A stretch of DNA of 32,000 nt. Source: Exiguobacterium phage vB_EauM-23. Positions within the stretch are counted from its first letter, which is position 1. Every line of letters begins with the position of its first letter. Location: sequence record MH844558.1; one strand, written 5' to 3'. A program made the position numbers and the translations under genes. Under the pieces are notes generated by a model, which saw only the letters and a program-made list of their open reading frames with translations, did not search any database and was not told the origin of the DNA. Of the stretch, positions 1 through 8,613 are shown piece by piece.

Positions 1-2
1 TT

Positions 3-530
3 CATCGATACATTTGGGAAACTACTTACGGTGCAATCCCGCTAGGTTTCGAGGTCCATCATATCGATGGAAACCCTGCCAACAATGAACTTGAAAACCT
101 TACCTTGATGACCACGTCAGAACATCGTGACCACCATGCCAGAGAGCTGAGTGAAGAACGTAGGCAGTGGATGAGGGACAACCTCAACAACAAGGCGCGG
201 CCGAAAGCGGTTGAATGGCACAAGTCAGAAGAAGGTAGAGCGTGGCATAAAGAACATTATGAGCAAATGAAAGACTCGCTTCACAGGACGGGGTCATTTG
301 TTTGCGATTGCTGCGGGAAAAGTTACGAGGCGCCGGACAACGGATTAAGTCGTTTCTGTTCCAACAAATGCAAATCGAAATGGAGACGCGATCAAGGACT
401 GGATAACGAGACCCGAACTTGCCAACAATGCGGAAATGAGTTTGTAGTCAACAAATATAGCAAGAGCAGAACGTGCTCTCGCTCTTGTTCTAACCGTTTA
501 AGATATTCGGAAAAGCAAGGCAAAAGATAG
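3..530 (+). CDS. HNH homing endonuclease, 5'-truncated by window edge; C-terminal double zinc-finger-like module; likely group I intron-encoded
   Basis: The frame is open from base 3 (upstream of the tracked start at 105) and reads HRYIWETTYGAIPLGFEVHHIDGNPANNELENLTLMTTSEHRDHH, a classic HNH motif. It is followed by CDCCGK..CSNKC and CQQCGN..CSRSC. Confidence 0.88.
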   Translation, partial: HRYIWETTYGAIPLGFEVHHIDGNPANNELENLTLMTTSEHRDHHARELSEERRQWMRDNLNNKARPKAVEWHKSEEGRAWHKEHYEQMKDSLHRTGSFVCDCCGKSYEAPDNGLSRFCSNKCKSKWRRDQGLDNETRTCQQCGNEFVVNKYSKSRTCSRSCSNRLRYSEKQGKR

Positions 531-583
531 TCCGATCTCAAGGGAACAGCAACCTTGAGAAGTTCCGGATAAAGAGCCGGGGC
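524..583 (+). other. 3' end of a probable group I intron (P7-like element plus P9-like hairpin)
   Basis: AAGATAGTCCG resembles the conserved 3' P7 region of phage group I introns. It is followed by a perfect 8-bp hairpin TCTCAAGG(536-543)/CCTTGAGA(553-560). Coding sequence for a TerL-like C-terminus begins just after. The 3' splice site is not resolved. Confidence 0.6.
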
Positions 584-661
584 GATAACAATCAATGTGA
601 CGCAACCCGCTACGCAATGGAAATGGATATGCGGCCGACTGCTCAAGCACTCAAATTTTAG
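584..661 (+). CDS. terL: Terminase large subunit, C-terminal exon (DNNQCDATRYAMEMDMRPTAQALKF*)
   Basis: The short in-frame peptide resembles the TerL C-terminal 'NDHCIDATRYALE' motif and ends at TAG 659-661, 11 bp before the portal ATG. The exon start is approximate. Confidence 0.62.
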   Translation, partial: DNNQCDATRYAMEMDMRPTAQALKF

Positions 662-672
662 GAGGTGACAAC

Positions 673-2097
673 ATGGCAGACACATTCGAAACGGGTGGTG
701 GCGTGGTGCTTCGAAGCCCTCAAGGGTATTCGTTCGACTTACCAGACTTCACGGACTTGATCCTCGACATGAGGCAGGACCCTACGGACGCCGACACCAT
801 CCTCAAGATCATCGAGACGCATAAACAACAGCGCTCTCGGATGCTGCATAACTATCGTCGATATAAGACGGACGTCACGGGCGTCCCAATCTTCTCACGT
901 TCGTTCGAGCGGGATATGGCCATCGACAACCGCATCAATAACGATTACTTCTCAGAGGTCGTCGACATCAAGACCGGTTACTTCGCCGGCAAGACGGCCG
1001 CATACACTTACGACAAGAACGAACCGGGATATGAGACGGCGCTTGCTCAGTTGTCCGACTTCTTGGAGCGCAACCGCATCCCGGACGTCAACATGGAGAC
1101 GACGAAGTATTGTGCCATCGCGGGATATGCCGCTCGCTTGCTCTACATCGACCCTCAGGGGAACGATCGCATCATGTACATCCCGGGGCATCAAGCCATC
1201 CTGCTCAACGAGGACGGCAACATCAACGAGACGGAGTTCGGCATCCGCTATTATGGCGAAGAGAAGCAGTACGTCATCCACGTCTACACCGAGACGAAGC
1301 GTTACAAGTACAAACAAGACGGCGAGCGGTTGAACTTGCTCGAGGAGATGCCACACGGGTTCGGGTTATGCCCGCTCATCGGGTACGCCAACAACGACGA
1401 ATTGATGGGCGACGTCGACAAGGTGCTCACGATCATCGACGCCATCGACCGGACGACATCCGACGTCAACAGTGAGATTGAGGCGTTCCGCCTCGCTTAC
1501 TTGCTCTTCCTCGGTTACGACATCACGCAGGAACAGCTCGATCAGATGAAGAATAACGGGGCGCTCGGTGTCCCTGCCGATGGAATTCCTGGGGCGACAC
1601 GAGAGGTCAAGTTCCTCGAGAAGAACCTCAACGACAAAGCCATCGAGAACCACCTGAACCGTCTCCATGACGCCGTGTATCGCTTCACAGGCACACCGGA
1701 CCTTGCGGACGAGGCTTTCAGTGGTTCGCAAAGCGGTGAGTCGCTCAAGTTCAAGCTGTTCGGTCTCGAAACCAAGTGCGCCCGCTTCGAGCAGAAGTTC
1801 AAGGCGGCCGACACTCGGATGTTCGAGGTCATGGCGACGAAGTGGCGTGTCTCAGGGCTCGACATCAACCCATTCAAGGTGTTCGCCGAGTTCAAGCGTA
1901 ATTTCCCGCAGAACATCCTCCACGACGCTCAGGTGCAGAAGGAACTCAACGGTCTCATGAGCACTCAGACACGTCTCGGATTGTTCCCAGGCATCGACGA
2001 CGTCGAGTATGAGATGGCGCTGATGGATAAGGAACGTGACGAGATGGGCGGGCTGTTCGACGAGGACGTGACCGACGATGTCGAAGTTCGAGAGTAA
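673..2097 (+). CDS. Phage portal protein (SPP1 gp6-like)
   Basis: 474 aa, RBS GGAGGTG, portal-like sequence (SRSFERDMAIDNRINNDYFSEVVDIKTGYFAGKTAAYTYDKNEPG). It sits between terL and the minor head gene. Confidence 0.9.
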   Translation: MADTFETGGGVVLRSPQGYSFDLPDFTDLILDMRQDPTDADTILKIIETHKQQRSRMLHNYRRYKTDVTGVPIFSRSFERDMAIDNRINNDYFSEVVDIKTGYFAGKTAAYTYDKNEPGYETALAQLSDFLERNRIPDVNMETTKYCAIAGYAARLLYIDPQGNDRIMYIPGHQAILLNEDGNINETEFGIRYYGEEKQYVIHVYTETKRYKYKQDGERLNLLEEMPHGFGLCPLIGYANNDELMGDVDKVLTIIDAIDRTTSDVNSEIEAFRLAYLLFLGYDITQEQLDQMKNNGALGVPADGIPGATREVKFLEKNLNDKAIENHLNRLHDAVYRFTGTPDLADEAFSGSQSGESLKFKLFGLETKCARFEQKFKAADTRMFEVMATKWRVSGLDINPFKVFAEFKRNFPQNILHDAQVQKELNGLMSTQTRLGLFPGIDDVEYEMALMDKERDEMGGLFDEDVTDDVEVRE

Positions 2098-2989
2098 GCA
2101 GAAGAGGCTAGAACTTGCCAACAAGCGCCGCGAGGCAGAGGAGCAACGTCGTATCAAGGCGTTGTACAAGGAAGTCACTGAGGGCGTCCTAGACGACGTG
2201 GCAAGCATATTCGAGCGGTTAGAGGTGGGCGGCAAGCTCACGTATGAGGAGATGGCGAAGTTCAAACGCCTCGACCGACTCATGCAGGGCATCACGCTAC
2301 GTATCAACGGTCTCACCAAACGGCGACGAAACGAACTGCTGAAATACCTCGCAGAAAGTTATTCGTACAGCTACGAGTACATGGCGTACAGCATCGAGAC
2401 GACGGCACTCGCCCGACTGAACTATACGGCGATCACGGCCGAACAGATCCAGAAGGCGACGAGCAACCCGGTCACGGGCTTGACGCTCACTCAGACGCTC
2501 GAGAAAAACCGGAGCGAGATCATATATAAAGTGCAACAGGTCGTCACTCGCTCACTGGTAGAGGGTGCGACATACGGACAGATGGCGAAGGTGCTCAAGG
2601 AGACGTTCGACGGCGACTATAAGAAGTCGATCCGTGTGGCGAGAACCGAAGCGCACCGCATCGTCGAGTCCGGCAAGTTCGAGGCGGTCACTCACGCGAA
2701 CCGTCAAGGCGTCATCATGACGAAGAAATGGAACAACGTCGGCGACATCCGTGTCCGCTCCAAGATCGGGGCGAACCACGTCGTCATGCAAGGGCAGACA
2801 AGACCGGTGGACGAGCCTTTCGACCTCGGTGGTGTACAGGCTGACGTCCCTGGCAGTTCGGGCGTGGCGAGGCATGACATCCATTGCCGTTGCTTCACGA
2901 CCTATGAGGTGAAAGAGATCCAACGCAAGACGCATTCAGACCTTGCCGACCTCACGTTCGAGGATTGGCAGAAAGAACGGTTGAAATAA
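2078..2989 (+). CDS. Minor head protein (SPP1 gp7 / Mu F-like)
   Basis: The C-terminal ARTEAHRIVESGKFEA...ARHDIHCRCFTTYEV is typical of the MuF domain. The gene overlaps the portal gene. Confidence 0.88.
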   Translation: MSKFESKQKRLELANKRREAEEQRRIKALYKEVTEGVLDDVASIFERLEVGGKLTYEEMAKFKRLDRLMQGITLRINGLTKRRRNELLKYLAESYSYSYEYMAYSIETTALARLNYTAITAEQIQKATSNPVTGLTLTQTLEKNRSEIIYKVQQVVTRSLVEGATYGQMAKVLKETFDGDYKKSIRVARTEAHRIVESGKFEAVTHANRQGVIMTKKWNNVGDIRVRSKIGANHVVMQGQTRPVDEPFDLGGVQADVPGSSGVARHDIHCRCFTTYEVKEIQRKTHSDLADLTFEDWQKERLK

Positions 2990-3086
2990 CACATCACTCG
3001 CGGCTCGGTTGACGCGATACGGGATAAGGGACGTCATACGGACTGGAACCGGCTCGGTAATCGATACGCAAAAAGGAGAGTTTCAT

Positions 3087-3704
3087 ATGTTCAAGACAAA
3101 ACGCAAATACCCGCTCACGCTCGACATTCAATACTTCGCAGAGGGTGGCGACGCTTCCGGTAACGACAGTGGAGAGGGCGGCGAAGACAACAGCGGTAGC
3201 GACAACGGCGCACAACCCGTCTTCACACCGGACCAAGAGGCGGCGATCCAGAAGCTATTGACGTCCGCGCAAGACAAGGTTCGTAACGAGCTCGGCAAAA
3301 AGAACAAAGACCTTCAAACGACCATCGAACAGTTGAAGAATCAAGGGAAGTCGAAAGAGGAACTGGCTGCAGACGCACAACGACAACTAGAAGAAGGTCA
3401 GCGCGCGCTCCTCTCGGAAAAGAACAAATTCCACGCGATCCAACAACTCGCCGACAGCGGGCTAAACTCCGGGCTGTTGTCATTCGTACTCACGACAGAG
3501 GGCGAAGACGAGGAGGCACGAAACGCCTCCACAGACGCAAAAATTAAACAGCTACGCGAATTGATCGACAGCCAGGTCACGGCCCAGGTCGAGGAGAAGT
3601 TCAAACAGGTCGGTTACAAGCCGGGCAACGGCAACCAGTCGACGCAACAGTCGGGCTTCAAGTCCATGTCAGACGCAATTCGTTCTAAACAAATCAAAAA
3701 ATAA
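3087..3704 (+). CDS. Capsid scaffolding protein
   Basis: Start moved to ATG 3087, preceded by AAAAGGAGAG. MFKTKRKYPLTLDIQYFAEGG followed by an acidic, coiled-coil middle. Directly upstream of the major capsid gene. Confidence 0.82.
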   Translation: MFKTKRKYPLTLDIQYFAEGGDASGNDSGEGGEDNSGSDNGAQPVFTPDQEAAIQKLLTSAQDKVRNELGKKNKDLQTTIEQLKNQGKSKEELAADAQRQLEEGQRALLSEKNKFHAIQQLADSGLNSGLLSFVLTTEGEDEEARNASTDAKIKQLRELIDSQVTAQVEEKFKQVGYKPGNGNQSTQQSGFKSMSDAIRSKQIKK

Positions 3705-3723
3705 CCGAAAGAAGGTAACTTAA

Positions 3724-4647
3724 ATGCCAACATTCAACCCAGATAACGTTTTATTGATGGATGCCCGTGACGGGATGATCCCAACGCAATTCGCTTCGGA
3801 GATGGTCGGCGAGGTCGTTCAGAACTCGGCCGTCATGCAACTCGCTCAAGTCGAGGATATGACCGCTCCGAAGAAAGTCATCACATACCTCGCGGAAGGA
3901 CCTGGCGCTTACTGGGTCAGCGAAGCCGAGCGCATCCAAACGTCGAAAGCCACTTGGCTCAAGGCAGAGATGGAAGCGAAGAAACTTGCCGTCATCATCC
4001 CGGTATCAAAAGAGTTCCTCCGTTACTCGGTATCAGACTTCTTCAACATGATCCGTCCAAAGCTAGCAGAGGCGTTTTACACGAAATTCGACCAGGCGGC
4101 GTTGTTCGGAACGGATTCTCCGTATGCAACAAGGCAAAACCTTTTAGCGGCGGCAAACGAAGCGGGTAACGTGGTCGCGCTCGATGAGTCTGAATCACTC
4201 TACACGCAACTCAACGGCCTCATGGGTCTTGTGGAAGACAACGAGATCGACCCAGATGGAATCGCGACGGTCCGCTCGATGAAATCGAAGTTCCGCGGCG
4301 AGCTCGATTCGACAGGCCGTCCGATCTACGCAAAAGGTGACGGCACAGCGCCGGACGACATCCTCGGCCTCCCGCTTGCATACGTCAACGGCAAGTCTTT
4401 CGACAAGTCGAAAGCGGTAGCGTTCACAGGAGACTGGGACTATGCCCGTTTCGGTATCTTGCAAGACTTCGAATACGAGGTATCGACTGACGCGACGCTT
4501 ACGACAATCGCTGACGAGGCGGGGAACCCAATCAGCTTGTTCGAGCGTGATATGTTTGCACTCCGTGTCACAGCTCACTTCGCGTTTATGGTCCTCAAAA
4601 ACGAAGCCTTCGCTGTTCTCGAACCGGCAACTGCAGCAGGAGAATAA
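3724..4647 (+). CDS. Major capsid protein (HK97-fold)
   Basis: 307 aa; IPTQFASEMVGEVVQNSAVMQLA, EAKKLAVIIPVSKEFL; preceded by a scaffold gene and AAGGTAAC-type RBS. Confidence 0.9.
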   Translation: MPTFNPDNVLLMDARDGMIPTQFASEMVGEVVQNSAVMQLAQVEDMTAPKKVITYLAEGPGAYWVSEAERIQTSKATWLKAEMEAKKLAVIIPVSKEFLRYSVSDFFNMIRPKLAEAFYTKFDQAALFGTDSPYATRQNLLAAANEAGNVVALDESESLYTQLNGLMGLVEDNEIDPDGIATVRSMKSKFRGELDSTGRPIYAKGDGTAPDDILGLPLAYVNGKSFDKSKAVAFTGDWDYARFGILQDFEYEVSTDATLTTIADEAGNPISLFERDMFALRVTAHFAFMVLKNEAFAVLEPATAAGE

Positions 4648-4662
4648 TCGGGAGGTGTCCGT

Positions 4663-4911
4663 ATGGCACAAGTGAAGATTCAGAAAGGCGATAAGGTGCT
4701 CGAGGTCAGTGAGCGCCTTTATCGTGTTTATTATTCCGGTCTAGGGTACAAGAAAGCCGCCGACGGCGTAACAGGAGTGGTTGACCATAACATCACCGTC
4801 TCGATGGACAACACGAAAGCGGAAATTGTCGCCGAACTCGAACGTCGGAAGGTGGACCACAACCCGAAAAGCACAAAAGAGGAACTTTTGAGACTGTTAG
4901 GGGTGGAGTGA
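4663..4911 (+). CDS. Small head-region protein with HeH/Rho-N-like C-terminus
   Basis: 82 aa; C-terminal NPKSTKEELLRLLGVE; position between the MCP and connector genes. Confidence 0.6.
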   Translation: MAQVKIQKGDKVLEVSERLYRVYYSGLGYKKAADGVTGVVDHNITVSMDNTKAEIVAELERRKVDHNPKSTKEELLRLLGVE

Positions 4912-4912
4912 C

Positions 4913-5281
4913 ATGAACCTCACGGAATTGAAGCTCATGCTCGGCATCCCGCAAAACGACACGAGTAAAGACGCTTATTACGAGCTCATGCTCGAGTCGG
5001 GCTTGCTCGCCGCGCAGGAGTATTGTGACAAGGTGGACTTCCTGTCGTTCGTCGACACGGAGACCGGCTTGCTCGTCCTTCCCGCTCCGATCCGTTTAGG
5101 CATCTTGGAATGGGTTCGGGCGACTGAACGGGACGCGAAACGTGGTAGTGTGGTCCACGAATCAATCGGCGGACTCACACAGACATATGCAGAGTACGGG
5201 AACATCTACTCGACCGCTCACGCCCACTGGATGCCATATCACAGTATGGTCAAGTTCTATCCGATGGGTAGACGGCGATGA
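4913..5281 (+). CDS. Head-tail connector protein (gp6/gp15-like)
   Basis: Helical N-terminus MNLTELKLMLGIPQNDTSKDAYYELMLESGLLAAQEYCDK; position after the MCP. Confidence 0.75.
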   Translation: MNLTELKLMLGIPQNDTSKDAYYELMLESGLLAAQEYCDKVDFLSFVDTETGLLVLPAPIRLGILEWVRATERDAKRGSVVHESIGGLTQTYAEYGNIYSTAHAHWMPYHSMVKFYPMGRRR

Positions 5282-5793
5282 AGATCAAGGTGACGGACCG
5301 AAACAAGGACTTTCTTAAGAACCTGTCCCGCTCCGCTACCGAGATGCAGGGCAGGAAGTTGCGTGTCGGCGTCATGGACGACGGAGACCTCGGTATGATC
5401 GCCCATGTGCATGAATACGGGTGCGACATCCGTGTCACCCCGAAGATGAGGGCTTACCTCTCAGCGGCGAAAGGAATCCACCTGAAAGCATCGACGACGG
5501 TCATCCGCATCCCGGAACGTTCGTTCATCCGAGCGGGCTTTGACAAGCATGAAGGGGGATGGCGTCGTAAGGTCGGTCAACTCATTCGGCAGAGCATCGA
5601 AGGTAACGGGACGATCCCCGTCGACACGTTGCTCGATATGTTCGGTCTCGAGCTGTCCGGCAAGATCCAAGAGTTCGCGCGCGATTTATCGAGTCCTCCG
5701 AACAGTCCGGCCACGGTCAAACTCAAGGGCAGTTCAAACCCTTTGGCAGACACGGGCCGGTTGATCGGTGCGATCAAGCACGAACTGGAATAG
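5278..5793 (+). CDS. HK97 gp10-like / minor structural head-tail protein
   Basis: MIAHVHEYGCDI...IPERSFIRAGFDKH motif, typical of HK97 gp10-like/virion morphogenesis proteins. Confidence 0.75.
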   Translation: MKIKVTDRNKDFLKNLSRSATEMQGRKLRVGVMDDGDLGMIAHVHEYGCDIRVTPKMRAYLSAAKGIHLKASTTVIRIPERSFIRAGFDKHEGGWRRKVGQLIRQSIEGNGTIPVDTLLDMFGLELSGKIQEFARDLSSPPNSPATVKLKGSSNPLADTGRLIGAIKHELE

Positions 5794-5802
5794 AGGTGAC
5801 GC

Positions 5803-6150
5803 ATGGAAACATTCTTTCATTTCGAGCGTTTGGTAGAAAAATACGAGCGTCCCACGACCTACACGGTCGAAACCGAGGGATATCGTGACCCGGCAACGGG
5901 CCGATGGGTACCAGGCGTACCCGACACGAGCGTCCGCATGGTCGCCGTCCTTCCGGTGGATAGTCAGACCATCTACCAGAGTGGAGGACGCATCACGAGC
6001 GGCGAACGGATGCTCTACACACGTTATCCGCTCGACGTTCGGGGTCACATCGAATACGAGGGTGCGAGGTGGACGATCGAACGCTTCGGTGACTTTACCG
6101 AGTACGGCGACTTTTATCGCTACATCGCACGAAGGGAGGCGACGGCGTGA
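5803..6150 (+). CDS. Head-tail joining / adaptor protein
   Basis: 115 aa beta-rich protein in the conserved connector position, coupled to the next gene. Confidence 0.55.
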   Translation: METFFHFERLVEKYERPTTYTVETEGYRDPATGRWVPGVPDTSVRMVAVLPVDSQTIYQSGGRITSGERMLYTRYPLDVRGHIEYEGARWTIERFGDFTEYGDFYRYIARREATA

Positions 6151-6641
6151 AGACGTATGACGCTATCATTCGCGGGTTTTACGCCCCGCTCGCGGCTTAT
6201 CTCGGTCGTGACTTGGTCCAAGCGGACACGGTCGCGGCACGTCCGGCGCTTCCGTTCGCCTCGTATAAGGTGCTCGTCCCTCGTATCGTGCAAAACGGTC
6301 CGGAAAGCGGTCACGCGGAGTTTGATATCGGTGAGTCATCGGTCACGGAACGGAAACTGACGGACATCGAGGCGACGTTCTCGTTCAACTTCTACGGACG
6401 GAACGACCTCGAGGCGATGGAGCTCGCGGCGAAGGCTGAGGAATACTTGGACTTCGTCGGAGAGTTCGCGCTTCGGGACAACGGGCTCACGGTGGTCGAG
6501 GTGACTAATCCGCAGGACCGGACGCTCTACCTCGGTGACGCTTACGAGTATCGGGTCGGGTTCGATGTACGGTTCCGGGTCCAAGAGGTCAAGGAACGCA
6601 TTTCACCGCTCATCGATACGGCAGAGATTGAACAAATTTGA
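6147..6641 (+). CDS. Tail terminator / tail completion-like protein
   Basis: 164 aa; ATFSFNFYGRNDLEAMELAAKAEEYL... located immediately upstream of the sheath gene. Confidence 0.6.
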   Translation: MKTYDAIIRGFYAPLAAYLGRDLVQADTVAARPALPFASYKVLVPRIVQNGPESGHAEFDIGESSVTERKLTDIEATFSFNFYGRNDLEAMELAAKAEEYLDFVGEFALRDNGLTVVEVTNPQDRTLYLGDAYEYRVGFDVRFRVQEVKERISPLIDTAEIEQI

Positions 6642-6656
6642 TAGGGAGGCTACAAC

Positions 6657-7667
6657 ATGGGTCTTTTTAAAGACGTGAACGTCGACATTGACGTATTGAA
6701 ACCATCGGGCGCCGTCACATCGACGAACGTCCTCTTGGTGGTCGAGAAAGTGGGCGGTTTCGCCTATAAGGAATATTCGGGTGAGGATGCGCTTCTCGCC
6801 ATCGAGTCGGACTTCGCGAAGACAACGAACGCCTATGAGCTCGCAAATGCGGTGCTCAAACAGAAGAACCGACCGGAGAAGGTCGCCATCGTCGGTTATG
6901 ACCCGACTGGTGGAGATGTTGCAGATGTGGTCGAGGCGAACTTTGTCGCTGATTGGTACTATGTCGTCCTCGAATCAGCGGACACGGCCGACCAGATCGC
7001 CGTCACGCAAGTATTGGACGATGCGAACAACAAGATCGCCGTCCTACGTGTCAACGACGTCGCAGACGCGGCCGTACTTGAAGCGGCGGGCATCCAACGG
7101 GCTTACGTCCTCTACACGCCTGTGGTCGACGAGTTCATCGATGCGGCGTTCGTCGGGGAATATGCGGCAGACGAAGCAGGAAGCGCCACGGCGAAGTTCA
7201 AGCAACTCGCAGGAATCACACCATCTGAATTGTCTATCGTCGATTACAACGCCTTACAGGACGTCAACGCGTCGGCTTACGTCAAGAAGTTCGGCGAGGC
7301 TCAGACGACTGGATCGAAACTGCTCGGCGGTGACTTCCTCGACGTCGTGGCCGGGAATGACTGGGTCATCGCGACGCTCGAGCAACGTGTTCAAGCAATC
7401 TACCTCAAGAACCGCAAGGTCGTTTACGAACAAGCGGGCGCGAACCTCATCGGCTCAGAGGTCGAGGCGGTAATGAAGCTCGCCATCGATCGTGACATCA
7501 TCGCAGAAGACTTGGAAGGGAACGGATTGTTCTCGGTCACGATTCCGAACGTCCAGGACATGACAGAAGCGGACCGCGCCTCACGCAAGCTCAAGGGCAT
7601 CAAGTTCGCGTATCAGCTCGCAGGAGCCATTGAAGAGGTAGACATCAAAGGGCAAGTATCATTCTAA
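6657..7667 (+). CDS. Contractile tail sheath protein (short, DUF3383-like)
   Basis: 336 aa with N-terminal VNVDIDVLKPSGAVTSTNVLLVVEK and C-terminal sheath-like region; followed by the tube gene. Confidence 0.82.
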   Translation: MGLFKDVNVDIDVLKPSGAVTSTNVLLVVEKVGGFAYKEYSGEDALLAIESDFAKTTNAYELANAVLKQKNRPEKVAIVGYDPTGGDVADVVEANFVADWYYVVLESADTADQIAVTQVLDDANNKIAVLRVNDVADAAVLEAAGIQRAYVLYTPVVDEFIDAAFVGEYAADEAGSATAKFKQLAGITPSELSIVDYNALQDVNASAYVKKFGEAQTTGSKLLGGDFLDVVAGNDWVIATLEQRVQAIYLKNRKVVYEQAGANLIGSEVEAVMKLAIDRDIIAEDLEGNGLFSVTIPNVQDMTEADRASRKLKGIKFAYQLAGAIEEVDIKGQVSF

Positions 7668-7684
7668 TAGGGAGGCTTTAAACT

Positions 7685-8092
7685 ATGAGCGGTTACGCAT
7701 CTTACAACGCGAAAGACTCATCGGCCATCGCTGATGGCGTATACCTCACTGGCTTCGGTGAGGACAAACTAGAATTCGAGCCGAACGAGGACTCATTCGA
7801 ATACGAAACGGGCGCTGACGGTGACGTCATCGTCTCTGAATCCAACGATCGCACGGCGACCATCACGGTTGCGCTCCAAGCGACGAGCCCATCGAACCGT
7901 CACTTGATGGCGCTCCATAACAGCAAGAAGACGTTCCCGTTCTTCGTCATCTCGAAGCGTGGCGAGCTCACGGAGAAAGCGGGCGGCGCTCGTGCGCGTG
8001 TCCTCAAGGCTCCGACGGGATCGCTTGGCAAGACGGCAGAAGATCGCGAGTATGAGATCGTCGTCTTCGACTACGAGAACAAGTACGAATAA
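7685..8092 (+). CDS. Tail tube protein
   Basis: 135 aa; GYASYNAKDSSAIADGVYLTGFGEDKLEFEPNEDSFEYETGADGD; position after the sheath gene. Confidence 0.8.
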   Translation: MSGYASYNAKDSSAIADGVYLTGFGEDKLEFEPNEDSFEYETGADGDVIVSESNDRTATITVALQATSPSNRHLMALHNSKKTFPFFVISKRGELTEKAGGARARVLKAPTGSLGKTAEDREYEIVVFDYENKYE

Positions 8093-8096
8093 TCGA

Positions 8097-8119
8097 GGGG
8101 CGGGAAACCGTCCCTTTTT
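8097..8119 (+). terminator. Rho-independent (likely attenuating) terminator after tube gene
   Basis: GGGGCGG(8097-8103)-GAAA-CCGTCCC(8108-8114) followed by TTTTT. Confidence 0.75.
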
Positions 8120-8156
8120 CTTTTGAATCCACTAAAACATACGGAGGTTTTTTATC

Positions 8157-8423
8157 ATGGCATTTGAACAACGTACAGAAGAAATCAACGGCACGAACTA
8201 TGTATTCCAATTCCCTGGCGTCCGAGCGGCGAACGAGATCTCAGACCGCGCGAAGAATCAACACGGCGTCACGCAACAGACGAAGATGACAGAAGAGTTC
8301 TTCAAGCACGTCATCGTCGAGCCTAAGGTCAACTGGGACTACTTCGAAGAGAAGCCGGAAGACTTCATGAAGGTGATTGAGGTCGCAAACGAAGTCTTTC
8401 AGGGTCCATTCCAGGGAAAGTGA
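8157..8423 (+). CDS. Tail assembly chaperone, N-terminal/short product
   Basis: 88 aa ORF between tube and tape measure genes; ends ...CAG GGA AAG TGA with the slippery heptamer GGGAAAG. Confidence 0.78.
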   Translation: MAFEQRTEEINGTNYVFQFPGVRAANEISDRAKNQHGVTQQTKMTEEFFKHVIVEPKVNWDYFEEKPEDFMKVIEVANEVFQGPFQGK

Positions 8424-8598
8424 TGGCTATTATCGAGAGAAAGCGAAGAGGGACTGGCTCATCTATCGCCCGCTCCTCGCAGAAAACTGCTCGGCGACGT
8501 ACAAAGAACTCGCCGAAATGAGTGTCGACGAACTTCGGACGCTCAACGCCGCTCTCGATATGTACAACGAAGCGATCAAGAAAAGTACAGGCAAGTAG
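8377..8598 (+). CDS. Tail assembly chaperone downstream reading frame (possible frameshift extension)
   Basis: Overlaps the 8157-8423 ORF in the +1 frame. The coding-like sequence REKAKRDWLIYRPLLAENCSATYKELAEMSVDELRTLNAALDMYNEAIKKSTGK ends 15 bp before the tape measure gene. The AUG at 8377 has no clear RBS. Confidence 0.6.
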   Translation: MRSQTKSFRVHSRESDGYYREKAKRDWLIYRPLLAENCSATYKELAEMSVDELRTLNAALDMYNEAIKKSTGK

Positions 8599-8613
8599 GG
8601 AAGGGGTGAGAGT

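Noticed and set aside
6781-7473. 230-aa + strand ORF in an alternative frame of the sheath gene
   Set aside because: Arg/Ser/Thr-rich low-complexity translation (SSRTSRRQRTPM...) typical of the off-frame of a GC-rich gene; the sheath frame fully covers it.
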